DNA of 64,000 nt, from the NCBI GenBank assembly GCA_951406725.2, contig OX597816.1, forward strand, positions 26,846,001 through 26,910,000, in the 5' to 3' direction. Below the pieces are notes generated by a model that saw only the letters and a program-made list of their open reading frames with translations, was not told the DNA's origin and made no database searches. Shown piece by piece: positions 14,358 through 29,000 of the stretch; positions within the stretch are counted from its first letter, which is position 1; each line of letters opens with the position of its first letter. This stretch comes from Octopus vulgaris. Taxonomy: Eukaryota. The position numbers and the translations under genes are program-made.

Positions 14358-17023
14358 TTGTTTCAGTCATTTGACTGCAGCCATGCTGGAGCACCGCCTT
14401 TAGTCGAGCAAATCGACCCCGGGACTTATTCTTTGTAAGCCCAGTACTTATTCTATCGGTCTCTTTTGCTGAACCACTAAGTGACGGGGACGTAAACACA
14501 CCAGCATCGGTTGTCAAGCAATGCTAGGGGGACAAACACACAAACACATATGCACACATATATGTATATATACATATATACGACAGGCTTCTTTCAGTTT
14601 CCATCTACCAAATCCACTCACAAGGCATTGGTCGGCCCGGGGCTATAGCAGAAGACACTTGCCCAAGATGCCACGCAGTGGGACTGAACCCGGGTCCATG
14701 TGGTTGGTTAGCAAGCTACTTACCACACAGCCACTCCTGCGCCTATTACTTAATTCATCTACTTAATTCATCCACCTTATTAATTCTTGTTTATTAAAAG
14801 AAAAGTTCATACATTGAATAATATAGTGTCACACTTATCTCTAAAAAGCAGGATAATCACAACCGGAATATGTTTGACTATAGATCTGTTCTCTGAGGCA
14901 GGGCTGGGAATAAATAAAAATAACCACAACATCTAAGAAACAGACAAATAAAACAAAACTGTGAAATGTAATAGATTTGCTACCACTAATATTGCTTTCA
15001 TTTGGTTGAGAGTTAATATCTTCCACTTTCAATACTACTATCTCCTTGTCTATGCTGCTAAAACTTTGTTTTTACTGTATAAGGCATTTTGTTTTTATTT
15101 TTGTATTCACCTTTTATGGATACATTTTGTGTGCACCATTCTATTATTCCGACTACTCCACCACACCAATAATTATGATAATAATTATTCCCTTAATTGT
15201 GAGGAATACCATCTAAATACATTAGTGAAGACAGAAAGCATTCCTAAGTGAACATAAATAATCAGTATTCAATATTTATTTCTTTACTACCCACAAGGGG
15301 CTAAATGCAGAGAGGACAAACAAGGACAGACAAACGGATTAAGTCGATTATATCACCCCAGTGCGTAACTGGTACTTATTTAATCGACCCCGAAAGGATG
15401 AAAGGCAAAGTCGACCTCGGCGGAATTTGAACTCAGAACGTAACGGCAGACGAAATACGGCTACGCATTTCGCCCGGTATGCTAACGTTTCTGCCAGCTC
15501 GCCGCCTTAGTAGTCAATATTAATTATATGTCTTGCAAATAACTTGCACATGCAAGTGCTACCAGTCAAAAGCCCCGTATACCAGAAGCCAGCAAGTGTA
15601 TGGGGTCATCAGGAGAGAATGCATGCCGTTTCGGGGCCAACCTCTCGACAGCATCAATGCGCACCGGCCCCCCTCACTGATATGAGGCCCCGCTTGCTAG
15701 ATCAGCTGGTTATCAAATAAAGCTCAGTATCATTCTAGCCATCGCTCATCATCTCTTTTTAACCAAATCCAGTGGCTAGCCTTCTCCACTGTAGACTGGA
15801 TATCGGTCATGGTGGTATTGACTTTACAATGAGTTAGGCCTAGCGATAACAACCTAAAGTTATATATTTATAAATTCATTGAGGTGGAGGTGGTGGTTAT
15901 GTGCTTGTTCAATTTGTAGAAATACTAGACAAATCTTCCTCAAATCACATCTGACTATCTTAAAAAAATGGAAGAACACATTGGATTATGTAGTTCTAGA
16001 TAAATAATGTATGAAATAAGGATAGAGTAGTCGTAGTTTTACTTGATCAAGGCTGATTAAAGGTTAAGCAACAACATCCTGTTCATAATAATATTAATTA
16101 CAATCATTCATTTCCACCCAAGGCCACATGCAAAGGTGTGTATAGTTGATTTAGTTGATCCCAATATCTGAATATTTGATCAATTTTTAGATGAAAGGAA
16201 TAGCCAGACTCAGTAGGTTTTGAATCCTAGACACAGCCATTTAGCCCATATCATTTCCCCCTTCTATTAATAATGCTAATGATTTCTTAACCCTTTTGTT
16301 ACTGTATATATTTTGATATGCTCTGTGTTTCTTTCAATTACTTTAAATATAAGAAAGAATTTAGTAAAATAACTTAGTTATCATTCTGCCTGTGTTAGGA
16401 ACATAAATTGTGACTAAGGTTTGGTGGAAGATTTTAATTTAAAACTTATGAAAACAAGACATTTGTACTCAGAACTAGAGCCGGTTTCAGCCGGGTTGGT
16501 AACGAAAGGGTTAATTTGTTCTAAATCACATATTTTTAGGGAAGGAATATATTTAGTTGAATCGACTCCAGTGATTGTTTAGCATAACTTTATTCCCTTC
16601 TTTATGGGTGAATAGTAAAGTCAACACTATTGAACTAAGAATGTAGAAGAGCAATTTCCTTTGATTCTCTACTGCTTCTGTCACTCTACAACCACTGATC
16701 TTACAAAAACTTGAAGTAGAGTCAAGTTAATTGACATTTGACTAGTATCTACTTTATCAAGCTTTGCAGGAGGAAAGGCAAAGTTAAATCTGCTGGTGTT
16801 TGAACTCAGAACATAAAGATATTAACTCTCTTTTACTCTTTTTACTTGTTTCAGTCATTTGACTGCGGCCATGCTGGAGCACCGCCTTTAGTCAAGCAAA
16901 TCGACCCTGGGACTTATTCTTTGTAAGCCCAGTACTTATTCTATCGGTCTCTTTTGCCAAACCGCTAAGTGACGGGGACATAAACACACCAGCATCAGCT
17001 GTCAAGCAATGCTAGGGGGACAA

Positions 17024-17067
<44 letters not shown>

Positions 17068-20000
17068 TACAAAATTAGAAAATGGAGAAACATACTTAAA
17101 TCAATAAAACATCAACTATCAGATGATACCCAATCAATACTTTATTACACCATTACATATCAGTAAAGGCATTATACAAAATATATAGTAAATATAAATA
17201 GACAAGGAAATAGAAATATAAAATATAAAATATAATATGTAATTATATCATATCTGACAGCTGTTTCAGCAGTAAGGGCAGTCATACCTCATTTAACCTA
17301 TAAGCCATAAAGGCAGGTATAAATGAGGCATTAACAAGGATGCCCCATGGCCTCTTCAGAGAATTTAATTTGTTATAATTGTGAAAAAATTATTTTTCCA
17401 TATACATATAAATATAAAAATATAAAAATGTAAAATATAAAAACTTGTGCATAAACTCCATAATGCTACACATATATAATACTCATTGATACAATAATGC
17501 AAGGTAAACAAAACAAAATAAAACAAAATATATATCAGTGTATATATTAATATTAATAAGCACAGTTATTTTACATATTTGGCTAATAGTTCTAAAAACT
17601 AACACATAGGGAGATGTATGCACACTACTATTTAAATTAAAATCATACCTATACCTGAAAAATAATAATAAAAAACCATAGTTCAGTTCATAAAATTATA
17701 AACCTATAAAAGTCAATATAAATTACTATTAGTATTAATAATAATAATAATAATAGATACAGTTAAGTTTGCACCAAGTCCATCCATTCAAAATCGAAAT
17801 AACTATGAGTTTAGTTATTCTGTCTGCTTGATATTGATTATTCTAGATTAATTCGATTGGCTTGTAGTTTGAAATTTGAATCACAAAAGAAATTTTACGG
17901 TTGGTTAGTCAAGAAACGCAAATACGCACACGCACATCCACAGATCAATCGCACATACATACATAATTATATGTATACACACACACATACACTTATACAC
18001 ATACACATCCACAAGCAACCTCTAGCATAAAGATAAATAAATAGGGGAGCAACTATACTGTCATCTAGTCTATCAAAATTATAACTATGCCTCAAATAAC
18101 AAAAAAGATCCACTCATATATTTCCATAAAATATTTATTTCAAAGATATATATATTTATATATCAATATAACGATGTCGGATGCTATTTCACTAGGTACC
18201 CTCCGTATTTAACACCGGTTTTTATCATAGTCAACATAATGGTTACTAGATTTACTGTAATTAGTTATGATTCCATGTATGCTAAGTTATAAAGTATAGA
18301 TTAATTTTTATATTATAAATATATATCTCTTTTTTACTTATTAAATTCTATGCCATTATAAACAAGATTAGGCATTAAATAATAACAACTGGGGGACTCA
18401 CTAATGCAATCGTATATAAGAAAATCACAGAAATTAAAAGATTGTAAATACTTAAGTTAAAATGTGATAAAATAAATAAGAAGAAATAATTACGATTACA
18501 CACATAATATAAGTACAAACCAGTATATATGTATTCATATATTATTAAGAAATAAATGATTGATATGTATGTATAAATCTACACTTAAATAAGTAAATAA
18601 ATAAATAAATAATTAGATGACTTGATATGTATGTATAAATCTACACTTAAATAAGTAAATAAATAAATAAATAAATAATTAGATAACTAAATGCAAAGAT
18701 AAATACCATAGAGAACCAATTCAGATAAATGCATAGGTACAGGTACACCTAATATATAGTAATGCTAATATGCATATATCCACATATACATAAAAGAGTA
18801 TAAATGTAAATCAATAACATAAAATAAAGTTAAGATATATATTGAAGAAAGTACCAATATAAACTTAGTATACAGGCTAATACTATGAAAGTTTATCCCT
18901 GTAGATAGTGAGTAAAAAATTGGATAGATGGATAATGTACAGATCCAGAAGACTATAAATATAGACTAAATATATAAGGCTGGTAATATTTATAAAGTCT
19001 AATGTTTGTAAATGAAAAGGTATATTAGTAAATAGCATAAGATACAAATTAAGGTGAGTACAAAGAAAGACCAAATATACAATATAAACCTGCCAAATAA
19101 ACACATACAAAAAACCTGGATTCTCAACCTAAACAAAACAAACTCCCAAAAAGGCTCTCATATATTGCACAATAGTATTACATTATCTAGAGCTAGGTAA
19201 CTAACCATGATATTCATATACATTATGCAATATTAGAAAACTTCGAGAATCACATATTACAAGGCAAATACCAAAATGAATGTGTTATTACTTGTCATAG
19301 TGTATTTCCTTTAAAAACAAGACAAAAACCCACATACAAAAAACAAAAAACAATTAATACTGGACACATCTATTATTATACATGTGTAGCTACAAAATTA
19401 TATAAAATTATAAATTTATAAGTTGCAGGCTTTAGAATTATAGAAGACCACTAGTATAGTTAGTTACAGAAGGGAGTTAAAAAATTATTAGTAGAAAAGC
19501 TAAGTTCTATCTGAATCTAGAGAAGGTGAACGGTAGTTTATGAATGCAAAAAAAGTTTTTTTCATTTATGTTGTTAATAATATGCCTACCCGCTTTGATA
19601 ATGAAAAAAATTTCATTAATACATAGAGAGCATTTTTTATTTTTTCCATTATACACAGGTGCTGAAGTTAGTATTTTCAAATTTAATCTAAAATCTAAGT
19701 TCTTACTTTTGAGTTCCCAAATGTATGCACTTAACCCTGTAGAGTACATTCTATTTTTATTTCTAAAAGTATATCTGTGATAATTCAGTCTCTGTTTCAT
19801 GCTATTCATAGTTGCTCCGATATACACCCTACTACTAATTTGTGTATCCACAGTGCATTGGTAAACTACCTCCTTCCTCAGGCATTGATTACCAAACACA
19901 CATTTATTTCTGTTTCTGAAATTACAATTATTAACAGGTTGAGGTAATCTAAGATTAGTCCCCAATCCTGTACCACCATTCACATTAGAAGTGTTACAAT

Positions 20001-23000
20001 TGTTGTTGTGAATAGTTCAGTTCAAGGTACTTCTTGACCTACTTTTGGGATAAACCCATTGTCCTGTCAGATTCAGGTGGGTAGACTCTGCGACCCCTTT
20101 CGGGTGAATTAGAGGTCGTCCTAGACACCCCTTGAAGAGGAGGAAGAATCTGGCAGTAGTAGGAGAGAGATAGAGTATAAGGCTAAGGGACAGATTTGAG
20201 GAAGAATTAGCAGTGAGAGAGGATGAGGGGGCAGAGAAGGACAGGCAGAGAGTATGGTAGAGCTGTCATGAGAGGGTGATGGGCAGCAGGCGATAGAGAT
20301 AGGCAGTAGGGGAGCAGGGCAGTTGGAGAGGAAGTGAGGTCTTGGCAGTCGGTGGTCGGTCCTCGAAGAACACAGTCGGATTCTTGGAAGTTAGGAGCAA
20401 GTGGTGGAATCTTAGGAGCAAGTTGGGATGCGAGAGAACTTGGCGGCACAGAAGGGAATATGTACGGAGAGATGGAGTGCGGAATGGGACACTGGCGATT
20501 CTAATTAGGAATTAAGGTATTTGATTGTGTATTGATACGTGTCACGGTGTATTGAACAATGAAAAGAACAGTCAAGGACTTGTCGATATGTCGATTAACG
20601 AGTTGTGGTATTTATGTTCAGAATTGTGTTGATATGTGTAGAAAAAGATTATAAAGAACTGTGAACGTTATCTGTTGATGTGATTTGGGAAAAGAACTGT
20701 GTCTTCGGACGTGTACCTTTGAAATACTGTATATGACTTGTTGTGTCTCCGGACTGTTATATTGTTACATACATGTTGTTAAATGCTTTGATCTGTGGTA
20801 TACCCGTATGATGTATTGATTTGTTGTTTGCCTTAAATATCTTGATGTTGTAACCATTGATTGTCATATAAACTAGTTGTTAAATATAAGCCAGTGTTGC
20901 CGTGTTGCCGTTTTGCCTCTTTTGGTGTCTCTCTCGGGTTGCCTCTCTGTGTCTCTGTTGCCTTGCTGCGGTTGTGTCTCTCTCTCTCCTCTCTCCGACG
21001 AGTTTCCGTGGCGAGAACATTCGCTGATCGAGTCGGGCCTGTCTGAGGGATTCCGTACAGTTTTCGGAGGTCCCCCGTCGTAACAATATATATATACATA
21101 TATACGACAGGCTTTTTTCAGTTTCTGTCTACCAAATCCACTCACAAGGCATTGGTCGGCCCGGGGCTATAGCAGAAGACACTTGTCCAAAATGCCACGC
21201 AGTGGGACTAAACCCGGAACCATGTAGTTGGTTAGCAAGCTACTTACCACACAGCCACTCCTGCGCCTATTAACTAATCCTTTTTTTTTTTCTAGTCTTC
21301 TGCTGTTATTTCTTTCAGTAGCCTGTATGTCAATGGTAATAACCTCCAGGGAGATGGTATAATGGAGTTGGTTAGAACATGTGCTAAACAAGCTGAATAT
21401 GACTTTGCTGAGAAAATGTCGCTCTCTAAAGAGGTGACTGTGAAGCCAACAACTCCAAAAGGTGAGAAACTTTTTATTTGTATTTGTGTGTGCATGGATG
21501 GAAGCACTCCGTCGGTTACGACGATGAGGGTTCCAAATCAACAGAACAGCCTGCTCGTGAAATTAACGTGTAAGTGGCTGAGCACTCCACAGACACGTGC
21601 ACCCTTAACGTAGTTCTCGGGGATATTCAGTGTGACACAGAGAGTGACAAGGCCGGCCCCTTGAAATACAGGTACAACAGAAACAGGAAGTAAGAGCGAG
21701 AGAAAGTTGTGGTGAAAGAGTACAGCAGGGATCACCACCATCCCCTGCCAGAGCCTCGTGGTGCTTTTAGGTGTTTTCGCTCAATAAACACTCACAACGC
21801 CCGGTCTGGGAATCGAAACCGCGATCCTATGACCGTGAGTCCACTGCCCTAACCACTGGGCCATTGCGCCTCCACTGTGTGTGCATATATGCATGTATGA
21901 GCAACAATTTCAGTAAGGAATTTAACATACAGGTTGCTATCCATTTATCCATTAGGATTTGGTTTTCAGCCTTTATTATTTATTATAGTCATCCAGGTTG
22001 TATCAGGGGTGTTCAAGAGTGGTTATACATGGAAGCTTATATATGCAAAATTACAATAGTTCTGAATATTAAAGAAGTTCTAAACATGGGCAGAGAGAAG
22101 AATTAAAAGATCTAGTAGAAACAAAAATCTTAGTAAGAAAGAATAGAAAACTTTAGTATCATGTTGGAAGAACTCTTGCTTTACATGCAGAAAAAGAAAG
22201 GTAAAATTCTATATTGTGTACTCAATGTAAACTGTAGGTGCAGTAGAATCTGTATCGACCACGTGTATCTCGTGACAGCCTTCATGCATCAGTCGCGGGT
22301 ACGTCCACGTGTACGTGGGCGATACCACGAGTTTCGGTTCGTTCTTTAGATATCGGGCACGGTAGCGCAGCGGAGCACCGGGCGACCGGCGCAGGCCTGC
22401 CGCTGGCGGCCCCGCGGCATGTAGACGAACAGGGAAAGCAAGGTGGCATGAAGGCTAGCTGATAGAGAGGAGGAAGTTCATATGTAACAGATGCAAAGGA
22501 GTTACAACATTGATGTAATACTTTCAAATATCAGAAAAGCTCCCTAAAAGTATCAACTACTTTTAGGGAGCTTTTCTGGCATTTATTAGATGGGCACTCT
22601 TCTCATTTTAGCCTTTCTTAAGAGGTAGCCATAGCTAATATACATAACATTGGTATTCTTGCTGACATTAGGGATCTTTATATTTATTTACTCTTTTACT
22701 CTTTTACTTGTTTCAGTAATTTGACTGCGGCCATACTGGATCACCGCCTTTAGTCGAGCAAATCGACCCTGGGACTTATTCTTTGTAAGCCAAGTACTTA
22801 TTATATCAGTCTCTTTTGCCGAACCGCTAAGTGATGGGGACATAAACACACCAGATCGGTTGTCAATGCTAGGGAGACAAACACAGACACACAAACACAC
22901 ACACATATATGACAGGCTTCTTTCAGTTTCCGTCTACCAAATCCACTCATAAGTGGTCGGCCCGAGGCTATAGTAGAAGACACTTGCCCAAGGTGCCACG

Positions 23001-26000
23001 CAGTGGGACTGAACCCGGAACCATGTGGTTGGTAAACAAGCTACTTACCACACAGCCACTCCTGCGCCTTATCTATTTATTGATAATAATTTGAACAGCG
23101 TGTATTGTACCAAATGCAGCTGGTGTTGGAGAATGAATGACTGAATGATGGCAAATTTAATGAAAGGGAAAAGTAATCTATGAATGTTAGTAAAGCACAG
23201 CCCTACCTTTCTCATTATCCACAATACAGACATCATCAGGCTGTAATGAACTAACAACTAAGAAGCTTTACCACCAAAGATCTTCCTGATCCCTTAATGT
23301 GGTTGGAACTTGTGAGAGCGGGAGATCCAAGAAGACATGGGACAAAGTGGTGAAGACCAGTATCAGGGGCTTGAACCTCATGAAGGAGATGACAAAGGAC
23401 TGAGATTACTGGTGATATGAAGTTTTTGAGAAGATTCTCCCACCTCAGTGAAATTGGTTTCTGGTAGTACTGTATGTGTGTGTATGCATATATATATGAG
23501 AGAGAAGCACTCCGTCGGTTATGACAACGAGGGTTCCGGTTGATCCGAATCAACGGAACAGCCTGCTCGTGAAATTAACGTGTAAGTGGCTGAGCACTCC
23601 ACAGACACGTGTACCCTTAACGTAGTTCTCGGGGATATTCAGCGTGACACAGAGAGTGACAAGGCCGGCCCTTTGAAATACAGGTACAATAGAAACAGGA
23701 AGTAAGAGTGAGAGAAAGTTGTGGCGAAAGAGTACAGCAGGGATCACCACCATCCCCTGCCGGACCCTCGTGGAGCTTTAGGTATTTTCACTCAATAAAC
23801 ACTCACAACGCCCGGTCTGGGAATCGAAACCGCGATCCTATGACCGCGAGTCCGCTGCCCTAACCACTGGGCCATTGCGCCTCCACTATATATATATATA
23901 CACACACACACACACTCTCACATACACACACACATATTCACAACTGGGTCTTGACCTAATTTCTTTCGTCCCCAAGACATCACCATCCATCATCTCTGTC
24001 TGAGATGTAACTCTTCCTTGATACCACTTATTTTTCTTACTACCTGGGACCCTTTTGCTTGTTATCCATCCTTCATTCATTAATACTGTTCTCGCCACAC
24101 ACAATTTCTTTGATCACCCACTACACTGAACCACTAAATTACCTCTTCTTTATCACCATACATCTTTCAGTCACACCCTATGCCTACTTCTCTCTTCTTC
24201 TTCACTCTCCTGCAACCTACCTAAACACATATCATCACTCCCACATCGTTTCCCTGTCTACTGGATCATCATTACTATTCTGTTACTCCATCCACACCAT
24301 CAGTCATCTTCTACTCACCTTACCTCTCTAACTCATACAATATTAGTCATCCACCATTCATTACATCTTTGCTTTTTTTTTTTTTGCTTTTTTACTTGTT
24401 TCAGTCATTTGACTGCTGCCATGCTGGAGCACCACCTTTAGTCGAGCAAATCGACCCCGGGACTTATTCTTTGTAAGCCCAGTACTTATTCTATCGGTCT
24501 CTTTTGCCGAACCGCTAAGTGACGGGAACGTAAACACACCAGCATCGGTTGTCAAGCAATGCTAGGGGGACAAACACAGACACACAAACACACACACACA
24601 TATACATATATATATATATATATATATACGACAGGCTTCTTTCGGTTTCCATCTACCAAATCCACTCACATGGTATTGGTCGGCCCGGGGCTATAGCAGA
24701 AGACACTTGCCCAAGATGCCGCGCAGTGGGACTGAACCCGGAACCATGTGGTTGGTTAGCAAGCTACCTACCACACAGCCACTCCTGTCCAATCTTTACA
24801 ATGATTGCCTACCACCCTCATTCATTTCCCTTTTCCCTTGTAAATTCTATTCACCCACACTCCTGATTCCATCTTTCTTCTACCTAGAGGGTCCACCTTG
24901 GCATCTCGACACCATTATTTTTATCACTTTCAAGCTCTACCCAGTCGCTTCTACCCTGCCTTCTAAAATATGAGTAGTCATGTAGCTCGTCTACTGCAAG
25001 GGGCCAGTTTTAAGACAATCTCCATATCTTATTGATATTTCAAGTTAGCTGGCAAAATTGTTAACATGCCAACATTTCATCCATTTTTACATTCTGGGTT
25101 CAAACTCCTCTGAGGTCAACTTTGCCTTTCGTCCTTTCAGTGGTTGATAAAGTAAGTACCATTTGAACACTGGAGGTCAATGCCATCAACAAATGCGTTC
25201 TCCTTGAACTTGTTAACCTTGTGCCAAAATTTGAAGTCAGTATTTCGAGTTTGTCCACATGTTTTTGTCCAGGATCTGACTGTTAATTTCAATTATATAT
25301 TTTCAGCTTCACCTACTAAAAAAGACAAACAGAAGAAAAAAAAAGGTATTTATCAAGATTCTAAATTTCTCATATGACAGCTGGATCTGTCTCAAACAAT
25401 GTCAGATTTTGCTGTGATGTGGTCCGCCTGGTGTGCTTTCGATCAGGTGTCAGAAGACATGGCACCCACCTAGCAGAAACCTTCATCACATCAAGTTCAT
25501 TGCGCAGAATATTCTTAAGGGGTAGGTTATAGAAATCTTGGGATGTCAAAGTGCCAGAATACCATAGCTAGTGTAAACAACGTGAATTGGATAAAAGTCA
25601 GCAGCACGTGTACACTAGTTTTATTAAAAATATTCTCATTACAAAGATTGGCTGAAATTTTCATTGGCTGATCAGAATACTCTTGTGGAATGTGACAAAA
25701 TAAGGTTTATTTTTTAATATAGTCCCCTTTGTGGTCCACACAATTTCTCCAGCGATGTTGTTGTACTTGGATCCCATTAGTGAAGAAAATTTCATTCTGT
25801 TGGTCAAAAATGTCATCAACAGCAGATATGGCATCATCATCATTGTGATACTGGTTCCTAGCCAAATGGTTTTTAATGTTGGAATAGATGGTAATCAGAT
25901 GGGGCCAAATCAGGAGAATAGTAAGGATTAACAGGTTCAAAACACAGTCATGCACGACAACCACTGAAACCAAAGACTTGTGTGCTGGAGCATTGTCCTA

Positions 26001-29000
26001 ATGAAACAAGACCCCTTTCAGCAGTTTCCCTGAGCATTTGGTCTTGCTAGTCTTTCATAACCGCCTCAGTAAGTTAGCATTGATGGTGTGGCTCTTTTGA
26101 AAATAGTCAATAAATACAAGGATTTTTGCATCCCTGCAGATGAAATGACATTGGCCTTCTTTAGAGCAGGTCAGGAGGGGTGTTTCCACTGCATGGATTG
26201 TCTCTGTCTCTGTCTCAAAGTGATGGACCCAACACTCATCCTGGGTTAAAAAAAACATTCAAAGAAAACAGCTGGACCTGCCTCAAATAATGTCAGATTT
26301 TGCTGTGATGTGGTCCGCCTGGTGTACTTTCAATCAGGTGTCAGAAGACATGGCACCCACCAAGCAGAAACCTTCATCGTATCAAGTTCATTGCGCAGAA
26401 TATTCTCTAGTCTCACAAGGAATATGCTAATAACATTGGCTATTTGATTTATAATCAATCACCTGTAAAGATGATCAATGTTTTCTTCAATGGTGGCAGT
26501 TGCAGGACATCCAGACCTTGGGTCATCTTCCAGACTCTCCTTTTCCCTCCTTCAAGCTGCCCACTTTTGCACTCTCTTTACTCTTTTACTTGTTTCAGTC
26601 ATTTGACTGTGGCCGTGCTGGAGCACCGAGGCTATAGTAGAAGATACTTGCCCAAGGTGCCACGCAGTGGGACTGAACCTGGAACCATGTGGCTGGTAAA
26701 CAAGCTACCTACCACACAGCCACTCCTGCACCTATTGATAGACACTGTTGATAATGCTGGAGTGTCATCCCCTAATGTAGCAACCATGTCAGTATAAATG
26801 TCTTTGGGAGCTTAACCCTGTTTCCGCAGGTACTTCATAAGTCCACAATGCCAAATTTTATCCATTTTCAAGAGAATTCACTACAAATTACTTTTGAAGT
26901 CTTCTTTGAACAGTCAGGTGTCAGTTTACTTGGAAAGAAACAATAGTTATTGATAAAAAAAAAAGTTGAAATTAATGCATGCAAGATTCTACAGCTCTAG
27001 CATCACTCCTTCATTGTAAGCCTATGAACTTTCCAACCCACTTTCACACAATTGTTTATTAATAGCATATCTATATATATAAAAGTGAAGTTGTGTGTCT
27101 GCCTCCTACGATTTAGATTCCTAACTACTCCCACATTTTGCGGTGCAGTGTAACCAAAAGCGGGTATCTTATAGTCGTGATTCATATCGAGCCCTTCTGG
27201 GTATTAGCACGCGTCTACGATGAGCCTACGATTTAAAAAAAATTTACCATCATTTTTTCCCATTTTTAATGCATTTTTTTGCTATTATATAAGGGAAGTA
27301 ACTCTCTAAAAATGTATTATTAAATCTCACAACGTAAAAAGCTGCAGTAACACCCCCCCCCCTTTGTGGTTAGCCATATTGAGATGGCTATTATACTTTA
27401 CATCTCTAAAAATGCTTATATAGTTATTTCCCTTATAAACCCGAGCAACGCCGGGCGATACTGATAGTTGTGAATGAATTATCAATTTTGCAGTTCACAT
27501 CTGCTGTCAGTACTCGGTAATGTCTAGTAGTTTATTATGACTTGTACACATAACTACTTTGACTCCTATTGTAAATAAGTTTATGGTTTTAGTGTAAAAG
27601 TATATGAATAAATACAAAGATTGGATTAAATTATTTTTAAATGATCTTATAGTAATTCTAATGTTTGGTATTGCTAGCCTTTCTTATGGTAGATGTATAA
27701 CTTGATTCATGTAATTTTGCTGAATGGACACAATTTCCTACTTCATTCAGTAATGGTGTTTGTTTTCTAGGGAGGGTCATAATTTAATGGAAATATTTGT
27801 AAATGAAATTTCCTGCATGTAAAAAAGCTAATTAGATTCCATTCATTAATTTCTTTCCCTTCTTATTTTTCCAAAAAGCTAAAAAGAAAAAACCAACCCC
27901 TCTTCCGAAGGCTGGTCCTTGGGTTGTAAAACTTCATGCAGCAGACAATGGTTTTCAATTACAGAATCCTGGTGGTGGAGCTAATGTAATTGACTGTATG
28001 CAGCATATCAGAAAGTAAGAATAATGTTGTAAACAGAGAGTCAGTAGAATATTTTATCAGTTACATTATTTAATTGTTTGGAGTTCAGAGTTTTATTTAA
28101 CACATTGTCTTTACTAGTAAAATAAGTGCCACTTGAAAAAGGTCAATATTATCTTATTTAATTTGTTTCTTTAATCTAACCTGTGTACTTATATAATAAA
28201 CCCATATGGAAAAGAAATAACTTCTATGCAAATGATGAACTATTTTGACTTCTTTTAAGTAACAAGTGTAAAAAACACCTGGTCATGAAACTTAACAAAA
28301 AATGATGGAATTGTAGATGTGCTTCAATGAAAGATGCTTTACTGTACTGTCCAGATTATGTGAGCATGGAAATAGATAGAAAACCATTTATGGTAATGAT
28401 AATGGTTATGAGGATGAATTTTATATGTACGGAATTTATGTGGGCTAATAACATAAGAGCATCTCCATATTTTCAGAGAAAATAAAAGTCATCAACATAT
28501 TATGAACTTTAATGGTGAACTTCTCAAGGATAGCTTTGGTGCTTTCATATCAATTAAGAACCCAAAATTTTAGTCAACATGCTTCAAACAGGTTAATAAC
28601 ATGGGAAGCATAAAATTGCCGGTGGCACGTTAAAAGCACCATCCGATCGTGGCCGTTGCCAGCCTCACCTGGCCTCCGTAACGGTGGCACGTAAAAAACA
28701 CCATCCAATTGTGGCCGTTTGCCAGCCTCATCTGGCACCTGTACTGGTGGCATGTAAAAAGCACCCACTACACTCACGGAGTGGTTGGCGTTAGGAAGGG
28801 CATCCAGCCGTAGAAATATTGCCAAATCAGACTGGGCCTGGTGCAGCCTTCTGGCTTCCCAGACCCCAGTTGAACTGTCCAACCCATGCTAGCATGGAAA
28901 GCGGATGCTAAACGATGATGATGATGATGATGAAAACTGCATGAATATTATTGAAGGCTAAAACTGGATGGCATATTGTTTATGATACACAAATTTGGAG

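Noticed and set aside
15570-15640. Minus-strand GAAAC...CUGAUGA hammerhead-like words
   Set aside because: The helix after CUGAUGA is not followed by GAAA and there is no NUH or stem III; the topology does not close
22191-22200. 10-nt microexon candidate cag|AAAAAGAAAG|gtaaa in the LRR gene
   Set aside because: It would break the phase-1 continuity between exons 21461 and 25307
23195-23245. Minus-strand CUGAUGA...GAAA-G-GUA motif
   Set aside because: No stem III, poor stem II, and it lies in a decayed RTE coding remnant
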